DNA of 64,000 nucleotides from the human T2T-CHM13v2.0 reference genome, Homo sapiens. The notes under the pieces were generated by a model. It saw nothing but the letters and a program-made list of their open reading frames with translations. It was not told where the DNA came from and did not search any database. This document shows positions 44,401 through 64,000 of the stretch, in pieces. Location of the stretch: the NCBI RefSeq assembly GCF_009914755.1, contig NC_060946.1; one strand, 5' to 3'. The translations under genes and the position numbers were made by a program. Within the stretch, counting starts at the first letter, position 1; each line of letters begins with the position of its first letter.

Positions 44401-45858
44401 TCTCACCCCAGCCCTGACACAAACGCCATGAGGGTCCTCAGACCAGTCACTCTCCCTTCTGTGGGACTCTCAGAGTTTCAAAGCTGGAAAAGAGAAGCCA
44501 AGCTGCAGCCTCTGTTGGGCAACTCTAAATGCCAGGTAGCCCACCCATAAATACATGGAAAGGTCTTCCTCAGGGGAATTGGAGTCTGCCTCCAGAGTTC
44601 CCAAGCCCACGCCCCAAATAAAACTCCAAAATTATGAATGTGTGTATGATGGAATGGCAAACAGGCAGGGTGCAACCTTTCTCACTGGCACAAGGAGGTG
44701 TCGCCAGGATGCCAACCTACTCTGACTCAGGTGCCAAGCCCTCCCCCAACCCTGCACACAAACGCACAGACATCTGTACTGATAGTGCAAGAAATTCATC
44801 TATGTTTATTACCATCTAAAAAATAGCACTCTTTACTAAGCATTTCCCACATGCCTGGCACTTCCCACATCCAGGTTCACAGCCAGCCCTGAAAGGGAGG
44901 TATCACCTTCATTTTACAGGTGAGGAAATAAGTCCAGAGAGGGGAAGTGACTTGCTCAGCTTGTATGTGCTGAGTTGGGATTTGAACCCAGGCCTTTCGT
45001 CTCAGCATCCATTCCACTGGGCACCCCGTGCCCACAAAGCCTCCTCCTGGGTAATGGCTTTTTGGCTCAGTTGACCCTGGATCCTCCCCCAGCCTGCCCA
45101 GTCCCTCGGATGGCATTTAATGAGGACTCCCAGGTTTGAATAAGACTTTCCCCAACCGTGACCTCATTTAAGCACCCCATGATGAGATTCGTGATTGCCC
45201 CCACTTTACAGATAAGGAAATTGAGGTTCACCATGGTCAAGTCACTCCCCCAGGGACACACAGCCTAGGAGAGTAAGGGCTGGGGCTGAAGAAACCTTGC
45301 TTCCCCGATCGGACCCCCCAGCCCACACACCCCTCATGGCTCACCCAGCTCCGAGGAGTTCCCAGCAGAATCTCCAACTCCACACCACAGTGTGCCAGGC
45401 ATGGTCCATCCTCTCTTCTCTCGCTGGTGCCCTCCACCAGGGACTCCACTCTGCCCTGCTGCTCGCTTCTTCCTGGCCCCTGCTGGACTCTCCTCAAGCG
45501 CTCGGCATGCCTCCCACTGACTCTGAAGAGTGGCCAGTGCTCTCTGCAGCTCGGGTCCGGGGGTGTGGATGAAGGAGCCCCAGGCAGTCTCATGAGCACA
45601 GAGAGCACCGTAGGCTGCGGTGAGCTCCGGCTCATCCTCCCAGCTACATGCCTGCAGCCTCCTATGCGCATCCCAGCGGGCATGGATCAGGGCCAGTCCC
45701 TGAGCATCCTTGGCCAGGAAGCTCAGGTACCCCAGTGGGTTGCCAGGGACGGCCTTGGTCAAGTGGCAGGAGGTCCTGTACCAGCGGAGGGCAGGGGAGC
45801 CCCCCAGGGCCACCCCCAGGAAGCCCAGCATCCCAAACAGCCCTGCCTGAACCCCCAT
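41227..45858 (-). CDS. PLA2G3: Group III secreted phospholipase A2, 509 aa; complement join(45858-45345,44303-44171,43914-43780,43497-43214,42544-42412,42303-42187,41440-41227)
   Basis: Signal peptide [19 protein letters not shown]; basic cleavage sites RKKR and REKR; bee-venom-type domain [13 protein letters not shown]...[10 protein letters not shown]...HCDCD. Exons sum to 1530 nt. Confidence 0.98.
42187..42303 (-). CDS. PLA2G3: PLA2G3 exon 6 (117 bp)
   Basis: [38 protein letters not shown]. Confidence 0.93.
42412..42544 (-). CDS. PLA2G3: PLA2G3 exon 5 (133 bp)
   Basis: [45 protein letters not shown]. Confidence 0.93.
43214..43497 (-). CDS. PLA2G3: PLA2G3 exon 4 (284 bp)
   Basis: [13 protein letters not shown]...GGLKPQ. 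Confidence 0.93.
43780..43914 (-). CDS. PLA2G3: PLA2G3 exon 3 (135 bp)
   Basis: [44 protein letters not shown]. Confidence 0.94.
44171..44303 (-). CDS. PLA2G3: PLA2G3 exon 2 (133 bp), catalytic His184 and Asp214
   Basis: [45 protein letters not shown]. Confidence 0.95.
45345..45858 (-). CDS. PLA2G3: PLA2G3 exon 1, coding part
   Basis: ATG at 45858; ...GNSSELG|gtgag. Confidence 0.94.
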
Positions 45859-46059
45859 TCTGCACTGGCCCAGTCCAGTCAGACAAAGCCCCTGGGATGC
45901 CTGCCCTTGGTGGCCCCACCAGGCGGCAGCTGAGCAGTGGAACGGAAGCGGAGCCCAGCAGGCCCGGTGCGGCGGGACCAATGAATGGAGCTGCGGGAGG
46001 AGGAGGAAAGAGGCTGGAGTATGGGGTGATCTTGGGCTTGTAACCGAATCCACCAGCCG

Positions 46060-46112
46060 GGCAGGACGCTGATTGGCTGAGGAGTGCACTTGCCAGGGCC
46101 CACGCCCCCATT
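46060..46112 (-). promoter_or_regulatory. PLA2G3 proximal promoter: CCAAT box and GC/GT box
   Basis: AGCCAATCAG on the minus strand (~46069-46078); GGGGGCGTGGG at ~46099-46109; ~210-250 bp upstream of the ATG. Confidence 0.5.
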
Positions 46113-48929
46113 CTGCCTGCCTTCTCAGCACCATCCAGTCACCTGCTGCCAGCCCTGCCTAGATTGGGACTATGGGAGCCAAAGCCCTAAGCTGTGGGAT
46201 GGGGACCAGGCTGGGGCTTTCACATCTCCTTGAAGGGAAGGAAAAGGGTTCAGGAGCTTGGAGGAGTCCCTTAGAACCCACCCTTCTCACCCTTACCACA
46301 GCGGTGGCTGCCACATCCACCTCCATCAGGCTGGCAGGGGGCCATGGGCCTCTGCCAGGGCTGGGTGAAGGAAGGGCTGGGGCTCTGAAGCTACCACCCT
46401 GGGAGTTCCCAAGGCTTCTGGGAAAGGGAGTGCCACCTGGGGTGCTCCCCTGCCAAGTCCTGGTTCTTAGAAAGGCTCTCGGCATACTCAGGGGACAGAG
46501 CCCCAGGGCTCCCCGCTTCCTAGGACTCCAAGCATGGGCCTGGCCTTGCAGCAACCCTCCTGGTCTGATAACTGGGGGAGACGCAGCGGGAACAGGCCTT
46601 GAGAGCCACACAGGGCAGGGCTGATGCTCTGGATTTGAAGGAACTATGGTCCCTAGAGTGGCAGAGAGTGGCCCAGGGTGTATGTCTGTGGCCACCTCCA
46701 TCCCTGGCCACCTGGGGGGACACAGCAGGCATCATGTGTGCCTCATGAGACAGGAATCTCTCCATCAGGAAGGGGCTATACCCAGGTATTGTTCCTGGAT
46801 CCCAAAGCCCAGCTTCCAACCATCTAGTGAGGCCAGGGTGCTTACACCCATAGTGCAGAGGAAGAAACTGAGGCTCAGTGAGGGTGGGAAAACCTCAGGT
46901 GACAGGCTCCAGCTGGGGAGGGCTTAGAGGATGGGAATGCAGCGCTTGGGGATCTGGATGGGAGTCAGGGCTGGCCAGGACAGTGACTTGTCTGTCTTCC
47001 ATCTGCCCATTAGCCTGCTGCTTCTCCAGCCTCCCCCTGCCCCAGGCTCCATCTGAGTCTCTTCCAGGGGATGAGCCCCAGTGAGGTAAAGCCAGGGGCA
47101 GAGCTGGGGAAGGAGAGCTCACTGTGTGGCAGAGGGGGAAGGGGGCTGCAGGGTGGGCAGGTCCATCTCTGTAGCTTCAGAACCAGCCTGGGCCTGTGGC
47201 TCAAAGCATCATAGCTGGGAACAATGAAGAGAAGGGAAAGAGGGTAGGGCTAGTCCAGGGACCAAGCGCCTTCTTGCCAGAGGTTGAGAAAGGGGGTGTG
47301 GAATACAGCGAGTGGTGGCAGAGGAGGTAGACCTGGGGTCCCCAAGGGCAAGGATGTAGCTGAACAAAGGTGAGTCCTTCTGTGAAGAGTTGTGATGTTT
47401 GAAAAATCATCATGCTGAGACTTCCTCCCATCATAGGAACTGCCACCCACCTCTGCCCCCTTTTCCACATTGCTGAGCCCTTCCCTGCCCATCACCTGGG
47501 GAGGCTGGGAGGTAGGATACGAGGAGCCAAGCTTTCGAGGTCAGACAGGTCCAGCTTAGGTTTCCACACAGACCCTAGGCTTGGAAATCTTAACTTCTCT
47601 GAGTCTTAGTTTCCTCATCTGTATCATGGGCATAATCACAGTAGTCACTCCACAGGATGTTGGGTAAGATTCCCAGCACAGTTCCTGGCACCCAAAACAC
47701 CATCACTAAAGCCTCAGGATACCCCTGGCCAGGAAGCAGTTTACTCAGGAGAAAGCAAGTCCCAAGATTTTGGGGCCACAGCATCTGTGATATCTGAGAG
47801 CTCGGGCTAGATGGCAACTGTGGGAACAGTGGCCAGGACACTACCTGCCTGGGTCACTCCAGGCTTGTCCCTGTCCCTTTCTGGGACTCAGTTTCCCCCA
47901 CTGTACAGTGAGAAGTACAGTGGAGTTGAACTTTGAGGTCTTTTCCAGTCTGGGTCTCAAAGAACATCAGGCTGGGGCTTGCCCAGGCCTCGAGGGAGGG
48001 TGTCACTGAGCTTTCTGTCCAGACTCCACCCAAAAACAAGTCAGTCAGCCACAAGACAGGCTCAGAGTCCTGCCTTCCACCAGGGTGTCCCTCAGAGGCC
48101 CTGGAGCAGAGGGGCCAAACCAGCGAGACAGGAAGGCCTGGGTCCTGCAGACGGAAGAGGGTCTGAGGCTTTTCTCTGGCCCTCCACCTGTCTGGGTGAG
48201 GCAGGGTGCATAGTGGGTGCCAGTGGGGAGTAGGGGTGGGGGTTCATGAGAGAAGGAGGGGCAGGGCCTCTCCTTCTTCCCTGTGTGATCGTCTATCCCT
48301 GTCTCTCACCATCCTTCCCCATACACAAACCCCCAAACCCCGTGTGCCCTGCCCTTTCCCATTCATGTTTTCCCAGACATGACTTCACCTGAAGCTCACT
48401 ACCCCTGCCTCTCCCTAGGGAGACAGGCAGGGTGGGGCTTCTCATCCCATAGTCCCATAGAGGTATGGAGTAAGGCCCAAGAAAAGGAGTGACTTGCTCA
48501 CCCAGCAGATCCAGAGAGAAGCCAGCTTCGACTTCCCCTGGCATGTGAGGAAGGCCTCCCTGGGATCTGGGAGTCTCTTGGCTCTCCCACAGCCTCCTAG
48601 CCTCAGGCCTTCCTTCCCCAGTCGCCTGAAGGGTGCCTTCCTTCTGGCCCATGGAGCTGGCACTCCCAGCCTTACCCAGGGGCCTCTCTGTGGCTCTCTA
48701 TGCCAGGAGAATGGGGGGGGCAGTGCCTAGCTCCAGAGTATTCTGTGTCCATTCAAAAACAAGTAGTTACTGAATCTACTATGTGCCAGGCACAGGTTGA
48801 GACTGTGGACACAGCCTGCGAAAGAGAGGAAGGAAGAGGGAATAGAGCGGTCAGGAGGGGTGGAGAGGGAACTCATGCCCCAGGGAACTGGGATCTGGCA
48901 GCCACAGAAAAGGGCCAGGGCCAGGGTGT

Positions 48930-49330
48930 CAGCTGGGTCCTCTAGGAAACTGCTGCCAACCTAGAGTTAGAAGTCCAAGAGATTCATCAGAGGAAATGCC
49001 TATGAAAGATAAAGGGGGAAGAAGCAGGACTGGGCAGGGAAAGCCTTCCGACTGTGTTTCAGATCTGACATCTATGGGAAGAGAGGGGAAGGAGGGTTGG
49101 TTGAGAAGAGCCTCATGTTGAAGTGCCACTCAGAAAAAGTCTCAGCCAGCCAACAGGGAGCTCTGGTGCAAAGACTGCCTGTAGAAGAGTCCCAATTGGG
49201 CAGAAATGGCCAAGCCCTAGTGTCCCAGCTGTGCCCAGACATTGGCTGGCAGACTTCCCAGGAAGACAGTGGCCTCTGCTTTGCAGATCCTGATGGTGCT
49301 CTGGCTGGAGGTTGTTAGGAGACTGCTGCC
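48930..49330. mobile_element. Old ERVL-type LTR remnant (LTR16-like)
   Basis: Resembles, from memory, an LTR16-type consensus (GAAAGATAAAGGGGGAAGAAGCAGGACTGGGCAGGGAAAGCCTTC); family not verified. Confidence 0.35.
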
Positions 49331-50699
49331 ACATCTGGGAACGTACGCACCCATTTGGCTGGGGCAGCCCCCACTGCAGACCAGGAGAGGAAACCCAGTG
49401 AGACAGACAGAGTCTGGCATCTGGGGAGGAAGCCCAGAAGGCAGTCTTCTTCCAGGAGATCCTAGGGTTATGGAGTACAAATCTATGGCTATAGGACCAT
49501 GCCTGTAACATTTCCAGGTAGTTCAGCCCCTAGCATACCTGCCATCAATGAAACCCAGCCCTAAGTATGAGGGAATAAAGAATGAGACACAACTTGTGTC
49601 TAAAACTAAACATCTCAGTAGATGGGAAGAAACACATTATTCAATTCAATAGCTTATTAAACTAGAATAAAAGAGACAGAGAGAGATGGGGAGTCAGGGA
49701 CACTACAGAAATCATTCTAGGTCACAGAACAACATTAGAAGCTGTGGTGGTTTAAGAAGATGTGCAGAAATTCTTTGATACTCCTCCTTTCAAATGGTGG
49801 AGCCTAATTCCCCTACCTTGAGTATGAGCTACACTTAGTGACTTGCTTCTAACAAATAAAATGTGATGGAAGTGAGGTAACTTCTGAGACTAAGTCATAA
49901 AAGGCATTGTGCCTGACTTCTTGCTCTTCTTCCTGGATGACTCACTCTGTGGAAGCCAGCTGACATGTCACAAAGACATTTAAGCAGGACCAGGTGTGGT
50001 AGCTCACCCCTGTAATCCCAACACTTTGGGAGGCTGAGGCAGGAGGATTGCTTGAGGCCAGGAGTTTGAAACCAGGCTGACCAACATGGCAAGACCCTGT
50101 CTCAAAAAACAAACAAACAAACAAAAACAAAAACAATTAGCTGGGTATAGTGGCACACACCTGTGGTCTAGCTATTTGGGAGGCTGAGGTGGGAGGATCG
50201 CTTGTGCTCTGGAGGTGAAAGCTGCAGTGAACCATGATTGTACCACTGCACTCCAACTGCAACAGAGTTGCAGGATCTCACTGCCTCAAAAACAAGACAA
50301 AAGAAAAACAAAACAAAACAAAAAACAAAAAGGACATTCAAGCAGCCCTATGAAGATGCCCATGTGGTGAGGGAGGAACTGAGGCTTTCTGTTAACATTC
50401 TTGTGAGTGAGCCACTTGGAAGCAGACCCTTAAGCCCCAGTCAAGCCTTCAGATAAGTACAGCCCCATCTGACTTTTTTTTTGGAAACAGAACTTTTAAG
50501 ATACAATTCACATACCATACAATGCATCCATTTAAAGTATACAGTTCAATGTTTTTTAGTATATCCATAGTTGTGCAACCGTCACCACTATCTAATTCCA
50601 GAACATTTTCATCATCCCAAAAAGAAATCCTGTAAGTCATTCTGCCTTCCTCTCTCCCCCATCCCCTATAAACCACTAATCTACTTTATGTCTCCATAG

Positions 50700-50888
<189 letters not shown>

Positions 50889-51133
50889 TAGAGTTGCATA
50901 TTCTATACATTTCATATCTAGAGAATTGTACAATGTGTGGTCTTTTGTGATTGGCACTTTTCATTTAGCATAATGTTTCCAAGGTTCATCTGTGTTGTAG
51001 CAGCATCTATTTGTACTTCATTCCTTTTTATGACTGGATAAGATTCCATTGTATGGATATACCACATTTTGCTTTTCCATTCATCAGCTGGTGGACGTTT
51101 GGGTTGCTTCCATTTTTTGGCTATTATGAATAA

Positions 51134-51396
<263 letters not shown>

Positions 51397-51601
51397 TGAA
51401 TTCCTGACCTCATGATTCACCTGCTTCAGCCTCCCAAAGTGCTGGGATTACAGGCATGAGCTGCCACGCCTGGCCATGGACGTATGATTTTATTTCTCTT
51501 GGGTATATACCTAGGAGTGAAATTGCTGGGTCATATGCTAACTCTATATTTAACATTTTGAGGAACTGCCAGGCTGATTTTCAAAGTGACTGCACTATTT
51601 T

Positions 51602-51705
51602 TTTTTAATTTATTATTATTATACTTTAAGTTTTAGGGTACATGTGCACAATGTGCAGGTTAGTTACATATGTATACATGTGCCATGCTGGTGCGCTGCA
51701 CCCAC
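51602..51705 (-). mobile_element. Very short 3' end of a young L1 (L1PA2-like)
   Basis: GTGGGTGCAGCGCACCAGCATGGCACATGTATACA...CCCTAAAACTTAAAGTATAAT plus A tail; perfect 17-bp TSD AGTGACTGCACTATTTT. Confidence 0.88.
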
Positions 51706-51728
51706 AGTGACTGCACTATTTTACATTC

Positions 51729-52028
<300 letters not shown>

Positions 52029-52216
52029 ACTATTTTACATTCTTAACTGCAGTGTATGAAAGTTCTGATTTCACCACATCCTTGCCAACATTAGTTATTG
52101 TCTGTCTTTATAGCTGTCCTATTGTGAAGTGGTATCTCATTGTGATTTTGATTTGCATTTCCCTGATGACTAATGATATTGAGCATCTTTTCATGTGCTT
52201 ATTGGCCATTTATATA

Positions 52217-52452
52217 CATGTTGAGTATCCCTTATCTGAAATGTTTGGGACCAGAAGTGTTCAGATTTGGGTTTTTTTCAGATTTTGGAATATTTGCATT
52301 ATACTTAACCAGCTGGGCATCTCTAATCAGAAAACCCAAAATCTTAAATGCTCCAACAAGCATTTCTTTTGAGCATCATGTTAGCACTCAAAAACTTTTG
52401 GATTTTGGAGCATTTTGGATTTTGTATTTTTGGATTAGGGATGCTCGACCTG
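52217..52452. mobile_element. Tigger4a/MER46A-like DNA transposon MITE
   Basis: 236 bp; terminal inverted repeats CAtGTTGAGTATCCCT / AGGGATGCTCGACCTG flanked by TA. Confidence 0.75.
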
Positions 52453-53556
52453 TATTTTCTTTGGAGAAATGTGGCTGATGTCATCACTGTAACCTCATGC
52501 ATTCTGAGCCAGAACTATTCAACTGAGCTACTCTTGAATTCCTAACCTTCAGAAACTGTGAGTTAATAAATGTTTGTTTGAGATGCTAATTTTTTTTAAC
52601 ACAGCAATAGGTAACTAACATAGAAACATTCTATTAAAATCAGGAACACATCATGGGTACCTACTATTAATGCTACTAAAAGTCCCAGCCAATGCAATAA
52701 GACAAAAAAAAAATACAAATTGTCAAGTTTGGAAAGGAAGAAACAAAACTGTTATTGTTTGCAGATTAGTCTTCCACCTAAAAACTCCAGGTGTATCTAA
52801 CACCATTGGTGTAGGGAAGGCAGTATGGTAGGATGGAATAAGCCCAGATCAGACCCAAATTTGAGACCTAGACTTTTTCTCACTTTCTGTGTGATCTCAG
52901 CCAAGTCTTTTTGCCTCTTTGGGCCTCATTGGTAAAGCGGAGATAATAACATTTATGCCATGAGGATTAATGTGAGTGTAACTAAAGTGCCTCAGTGACT
53001 GACACACAGTAGCCTTTGACAAATGAGATCTTCATTTAAGGAGGGCACTTGAGGGCAGAAGCCAGGCAAGATGGTGGTGTGACTGACCTGATATTCAGTT
53101 CACCAGGCTGTAGAATGTGGGCTCCTTGTATGTCCCCAGATGACTCCAGCCTGCTAGTGGGGTTCTAAGAAGCCCAGGAGATCCTTCCCTATACCCTGGG
53201 TTCAACCCCTAGCTCCACTTCCCCTCCTGGGCAGCCTTGGGCAAGTCAGTTACTTTGGCTGAATCCCTGTTATACACTCTACTGATTGGGATGCTTATGC
53301 CTACTTTTCTTTCTTCCCTGGAGTGCAGTGAAGATCAGAGTTGGGGAAGGAGCTCACTGAGGGGAATGCCTCACAGTAAGCCAGAAACTATAGGGAAATC
53401 CAGTAGAAACAAGGGGCAGAATGGGCTGTGAGAGATCTACCTACCTGGACAATGAAGCCCCAAAGGACCTTGGGGTATGGGATAGAATGATGCTGAGTGC
53501 AAGATTCACTCCCCTCCTGTTCCAACACCACTTGACATCCTACCATGTCCCAGTAC

Positions 53557-54040
<484 letters not shown>

Positions 54041-55156
54041 GCCCAGCAGGAGTGAAGTGAAGACACCCAGGGACTCTTCACCTCATTTCACAATGGAGGC
54101 CCTAGGAGGAGATCAGATTTGCCCAAAGCTCTGCGACATATCCACTATTTTGTTCTACACAAGGCCCCTTGGCTGAGGTTTAAACCTGGGCTGTTTGTGT
54201 TGGCTCTAACTCAGAGAACTTAGCTCACATCCCTTCCTTCCCTCTTAGGGCTGGCCTGGGCCTTGGGGCCATTGACAGTCTCTGGGAGTCTAACTCACAA
54301 GATAGAATGAAGAGGGTGGGTGGACAGGGAGCATTAAAGGAGGATCAAGAGGCTCAGCAGGAGATCTAACTACAGAATGTGGCTCCTGGTAGACTAATAA
54401 TGCCACTTCTATTTCTACAGCCAAAGACTCAAGTTCTCAAGCAGTTTTTAATCTTTGAATTTGCCCTATGTCAATGGCAGAGGGGAAATGGAGCTAGGGC
54501 TAGTCTCTGAGCCTCCTGACACCCAGGGCTCTCCTTGCTGCTCTGGGGTCTGGAGAAAAGGGTTAGGAAAGAGGCCCTCTGATGCCCAGACCAGGGAAAT
54601 GGAAAGAGGAAGGCTTGTGGAAAAGCAGGGTGGGTCCTGCCCGAAGCCCCTGGAGTTTGGTCCAGCCTCTGCTGTCATCTAGTGGACACCCCATGCCAGT
54701 GCCTCCTTGAGACTCCTGAACAAGGCTGTCTGCTCCTTTCCTGGTCGGTTGTGCCTGCTAGCCTAGTCCTTCTTGGCTCTGATTCGCTATATGACCCTGA
54801 ACAAGCCCTTTTCTTCTCTGGTTCTCAATTTTATCTCTTGGAACAGTGGTTCTCCAAACGGTAGCAGGCCCAATCTTTCTAAAACACAAACATAGCCAGT
54901 TCTCTCCACTGTCTACATCTGTCTTCTGACCAGAGAGGCTCATGCTGAAGCCTGGTGGGCACTGCAGGATCTGAGCCCAGCTGACCTCACCTACTCCCCA
55001 CATCTCTGTTCTAACCACACGGAACTACATTCATATTCTCAATTAACACACTCTCTAAGAGCCTTTGCACATGCTGTTCCCTTTGCCTAAAACACTTTTC
55101 CCCCTTCTTTACCTGGCTTGTTCTTACTCATCCTTCAGATGTTGGCTTAGCCATCC

Positions 55157-55885
55157 TGAAACCACCTTTGCAAAAATTATAACTGAGGAAATCATGACAC
55201 TGAAAGAAATCAGACCTCACCGACTCCATCTTGCTTCTAACCTTTAAGCTGACCTTGTTCATTCCTGGGCGTAGGCCAAACTAACTTTGGGAAGGAATTC
55301 AGTTAATCATTTGACTCTGAAACAAAATTGGTAATAGCCCTTTTCCAAAAAGACCCTTTTCTTGCCTGGTGGGGACCAGTCTGTTTTTGCAAGACTAACA
55401 GATTAGCTACAAGATTAGAAATTACAGTTTAGGGTCATGCAGCCTCCGGCTCCAAGAGTCTGAACCTCCCCAAATTGCTCCTGGGGATAACATCAGTATT
55501 GTAAAATCTAAGATCAGTGCTTGAGGTATTTTGCAGACCCTGCACTGGATGGATCAGCTGACACTACCCAGACAAGTAATGTGGCTCAACCAGCTCTGCC
55601 ATCCCACCCAGGAACAGAAGACAGCAAGAAAAACTCCCTTCGACCCCCTATAATTCCATCTCCAACCTGACCAATCAGCACTCCCCACTTCCTAAGCCCC
55701 TACAAATTATCTTTAAAAACTCTGATCTCCAAATGCTCTGGAAGACTGATTTGAGTAACAATAAAACTCGGGTCTCCCCCACAGCCGGCTCTACATTAAT
55801 TACTCTTTCCCCATTCCAATTCCCCTGTCTTGATAAATCGGCTCTGTCTAGGCAGCAGGCAAGGTGAATTTGGTGGGGGGTTACA
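55157..55885 (+). mobile_element. Solo LTR8-family (ERV1) LTR inserted in an L2-like remnant
   Basis: Starts TGAAACCACCTTTGCAAAAATTATAACTGAGG and ends GGTTACA; AATAAA at ~55760; 4-bp TSD ATCC (55153-55156 and 55886-55889). Confidence 0.85.
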
Positions 55886-56289
55886 ATCCCATTCAGGAAG
55901 CCCCCGCCCCCACCCCCACCCCCAAGTCCCCACACTAGGATGGGCGAGCATACCTTAGGTCTCCACTGAGGACTGGTTGTGGTTTCAGGAGGGCATATGA
56001 TTCTGGAAGAGGTCAAATGTCAGCCCAGGGGGCTGACGGGTAGCCATGGGCTCAGGGTTCAAAATAACCTGATTTCCCATCCCACTATGCCAAGGTTGGA
56101 CGCTGCGTATGACTATGAGCCAATGACTCCACCTCTCCAAACCTATTTTACAGATGAACAAATCAGACCATGTCTGCACCCACACTGGTCAACAGAATTC
56201 CAATGCTAGCCACAAATGTAATCTGAAATTTTCTAGCCATCGAGAACATAAAAGAAAGAGGTGAAAGTAATTTTAATAAGACATTTTGT

Positions 56290-60296
<4,007 letters not shown>

Positions 60297-61324
60297 CTAA
60301 TTTACCCACTCTTCAACCTTCCTGGTCCCCCAAACTCATGGCTCCCCCTGAGGTTCTACAGGGGCCTCCTATTTGTGTTGTGTTCCTAATCTCCATCCCT
60401 TCCCTCTGCCCTCTGGAGAGGGTCTAAATGCCTCTGCATGGTCTTCCACTCCCACCCACCCCACCCACTACCCCAAGCCCTTCCTTCCTTGCCAGTCTAT
60501 CACTCCTTCCATCCCTTCACAGACCCTACTCTCTGTGCCAGGGTGGTGAAGCAACATTTCAACAGGAGCAGGTTTTGAGGGCGGATTCCAATTTTGGGCC
60601 TGATTCTTACCAGCTGTGTAGTCTTGGGCATGTTGCTTAACTTCTCTGGTCCTCTAGCTTCTCATCTGTAGTAAGACTTCCTTCACAATCCTGGGGTGAG
60701 GGTTAAATTGCATAAAGCCCTTAGCACAGTATGCAGCACTTTATAAACATTCAATAAATGTTAGCTACTGCTATTATTATTATTAAAGGAGTAAGGGCAA
60801 AGAAGGGGAGGGGGCAGGGGGACTTGGGAGCAAGCAGAGGAAGAAATCAGAAAATTTATATTTTTAAAATTATTTCCCACCGGAATGAATATTTTTTATT
60901 CAGCACAATGTTGTAGGCATCAAATAATATTAAATCTATGCTGGGTTCCAGCAGGATAAATGCCAACATCACCAACAGGGCTTCCAGGGATTATAAGTGC
61001 CTTAGTGTGCTAAAGCAGAGAAGATATTACTTGATATATTTTTGAAGCTGAAGTGCTTCCAAGTTTGGTAGTTCCAATTCTGCTACTTCTTGGGAACGTT
61101 TTTAATAACAAGAACATGAAGAAATAAACAGTGCTGGTTCCCTAATGTTAAAGTTTCAGGAACGTGGTTATTGCTTTCCAGAAAATACCATGAGAATGAC
61201 CTCATTTCCGACTAAGGAAAAGTTGAACTCTCTCCATTTTTTCCACCTTATGAACCCAACAAAAAGAGCAAAGAGGAATATAATCAGGGAGTTTATCTTA
61301 ATGAAAGCTGATGGCTTCAATATC

Positions 61325-62250
61325 TTTTTTCCCACAGTTTAATTGCTTTAGGCATTTATTATTAGCTATGATTAACGCAGAAAGAAGGGACAAAAAGCTC
61401 ACAAACACTATACAATTTCACAAGATGCATTGCAGGGGGAAAAGTGACTGAGATGGATCAGCAATATCCCAGGGTCTTGGTGGATGCATTCCTGGTGGAA
61501 AGGGTCTCATTCCTGGAGGGGGCATGCCTACTGGCGTCCCTCTAGCAAGGGGAAGCCCAATTGGTGGGCCCATGGGTGGTTTCATACCAGGTGGAGGAAA
61601 CATAATGCCTAGAGGTGGGGCTGCTCTGCCAACAGGTGGGGGTGGAGCCCCCGGTCCTGGTGGGTACTGTGTTGGGGCTCCAGTAATGCTCTTCTCTGTG
61701 GAGTCATTACCTGCTGGGATGGTCCCCCAACTCCTGGGACGGGGCCTGCTAATCCACCAGGAGCCTGGGGAATTGGTACACCAGCTGATACTCCTCTACC
61801 AGCTGCCCTAACAACTCCAGGGCCTCCTGCAGCTCCAGCAAGTGGTACCCGAGCAATGCCAGTATATTTTGGGGGTAGCCCCTCCACAGTCATGGATACC
61901 AAGTTCTCCCCATGCAGCAACACCAGACCCCAAAAGTGCTTTTCTTCGAGCTCTGGTTGCTTCACGTTCTTTGGCTTGATCTTTCTGAACTCATCACAAT
62001 CGCAGAGGATCAAATTCACATGCTTGTCAAACGCCTTAAAGATGCCAAAGAAGATTGTGCCTTCCTGTAGGATGCATTTCATTCTATAGTCAATGTGCTG
62101 CTGCAGCCTTGCTACTCGTGCCCACAGTCGTGATTGCTGCTTCACCAAATCCCGTGTCCACAGTTAAAACTTCGTGCTTCTTAAGACCTGGGGGAAAGCT
62201 GTAGATAAAGGTATGGTGCAGGTTCTCCCAGAAACAATGCAAGCTGAGGG
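61325..62250 (-). pseudogene. Processed pseudogene of SNRPN (SmN)
   Basis: Intronless [59 protein letters not shown] and the PPIGLP..RGTP C-terminus match SNRPN rather than SNRPB. Start ATG mutated to ACG (62131); internal deletion with frameshift; 3'UTR with AATAAA and a residual A tail. Confidence 0.9.
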
Positions 62251-62253
62251 GGA

Positions 62254-64000
<1,747 letters not shown>

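Noticed and set aside
45859-46134. 92-codon in-frame N-terminal extension of PLA2G3
   Set aside because: It begins upstream of the CCAAT/GC boxes, so probably outside the transcript, and would bury the signal peptide.

Overview
Human genomic DNA, recognisable as the SMTN-SELENOM-INPP5J-PLA2G3 cluster (chr22q12.2, by gene content and order). It holds the 3' half of SMTN (+, last 10 coding exons, including the alternative C-terminal exon) and the complete SELENOM (-, 5 exons, 145 aa, in-frame UGA/Sec48, CC-type SECIS). It also holds the complete INPP5J (+, 13 exons, 1006 aa) and the complete PLA2G3 (-, 7 exons, 509 aa). Exon boundaries were read by eye from GT/AG sites and phases; the three complete CDSs sum to the expected protein lengths. 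The genes form two tight tail-to-tail pairs that appear to use only variant poly(A) hexamers. Intergenic DNA is Alu-dense and contains processed pseudogenes of RPS15A and SNRPN, solo LTR12 and LTR8-family elements with intact 4-bp TSDs, and a deeply nested MLT1/L1/Tigger/Alu stack. No wholly new gene system is supported. The most interesting signals are: (i) PLA2G3 exons 5-7 look like a catalytically dead duplicate of exons 2-4; (ii) SMTN has a duplicated CH-domain exon preceded by a ~100-nt multi-stem inverted repeat, a UG repeat and a ~160-nt AG-exclusion zone; (iii) some INPP5J exons rebuild 5' splice sites after splicing; (iv) two degenerate minisatellite-like arrays that I cannot assign to a repeat family; (v) an LTR12 oriented toward a cryptic acceptor in the SELENOM 5' UTR.
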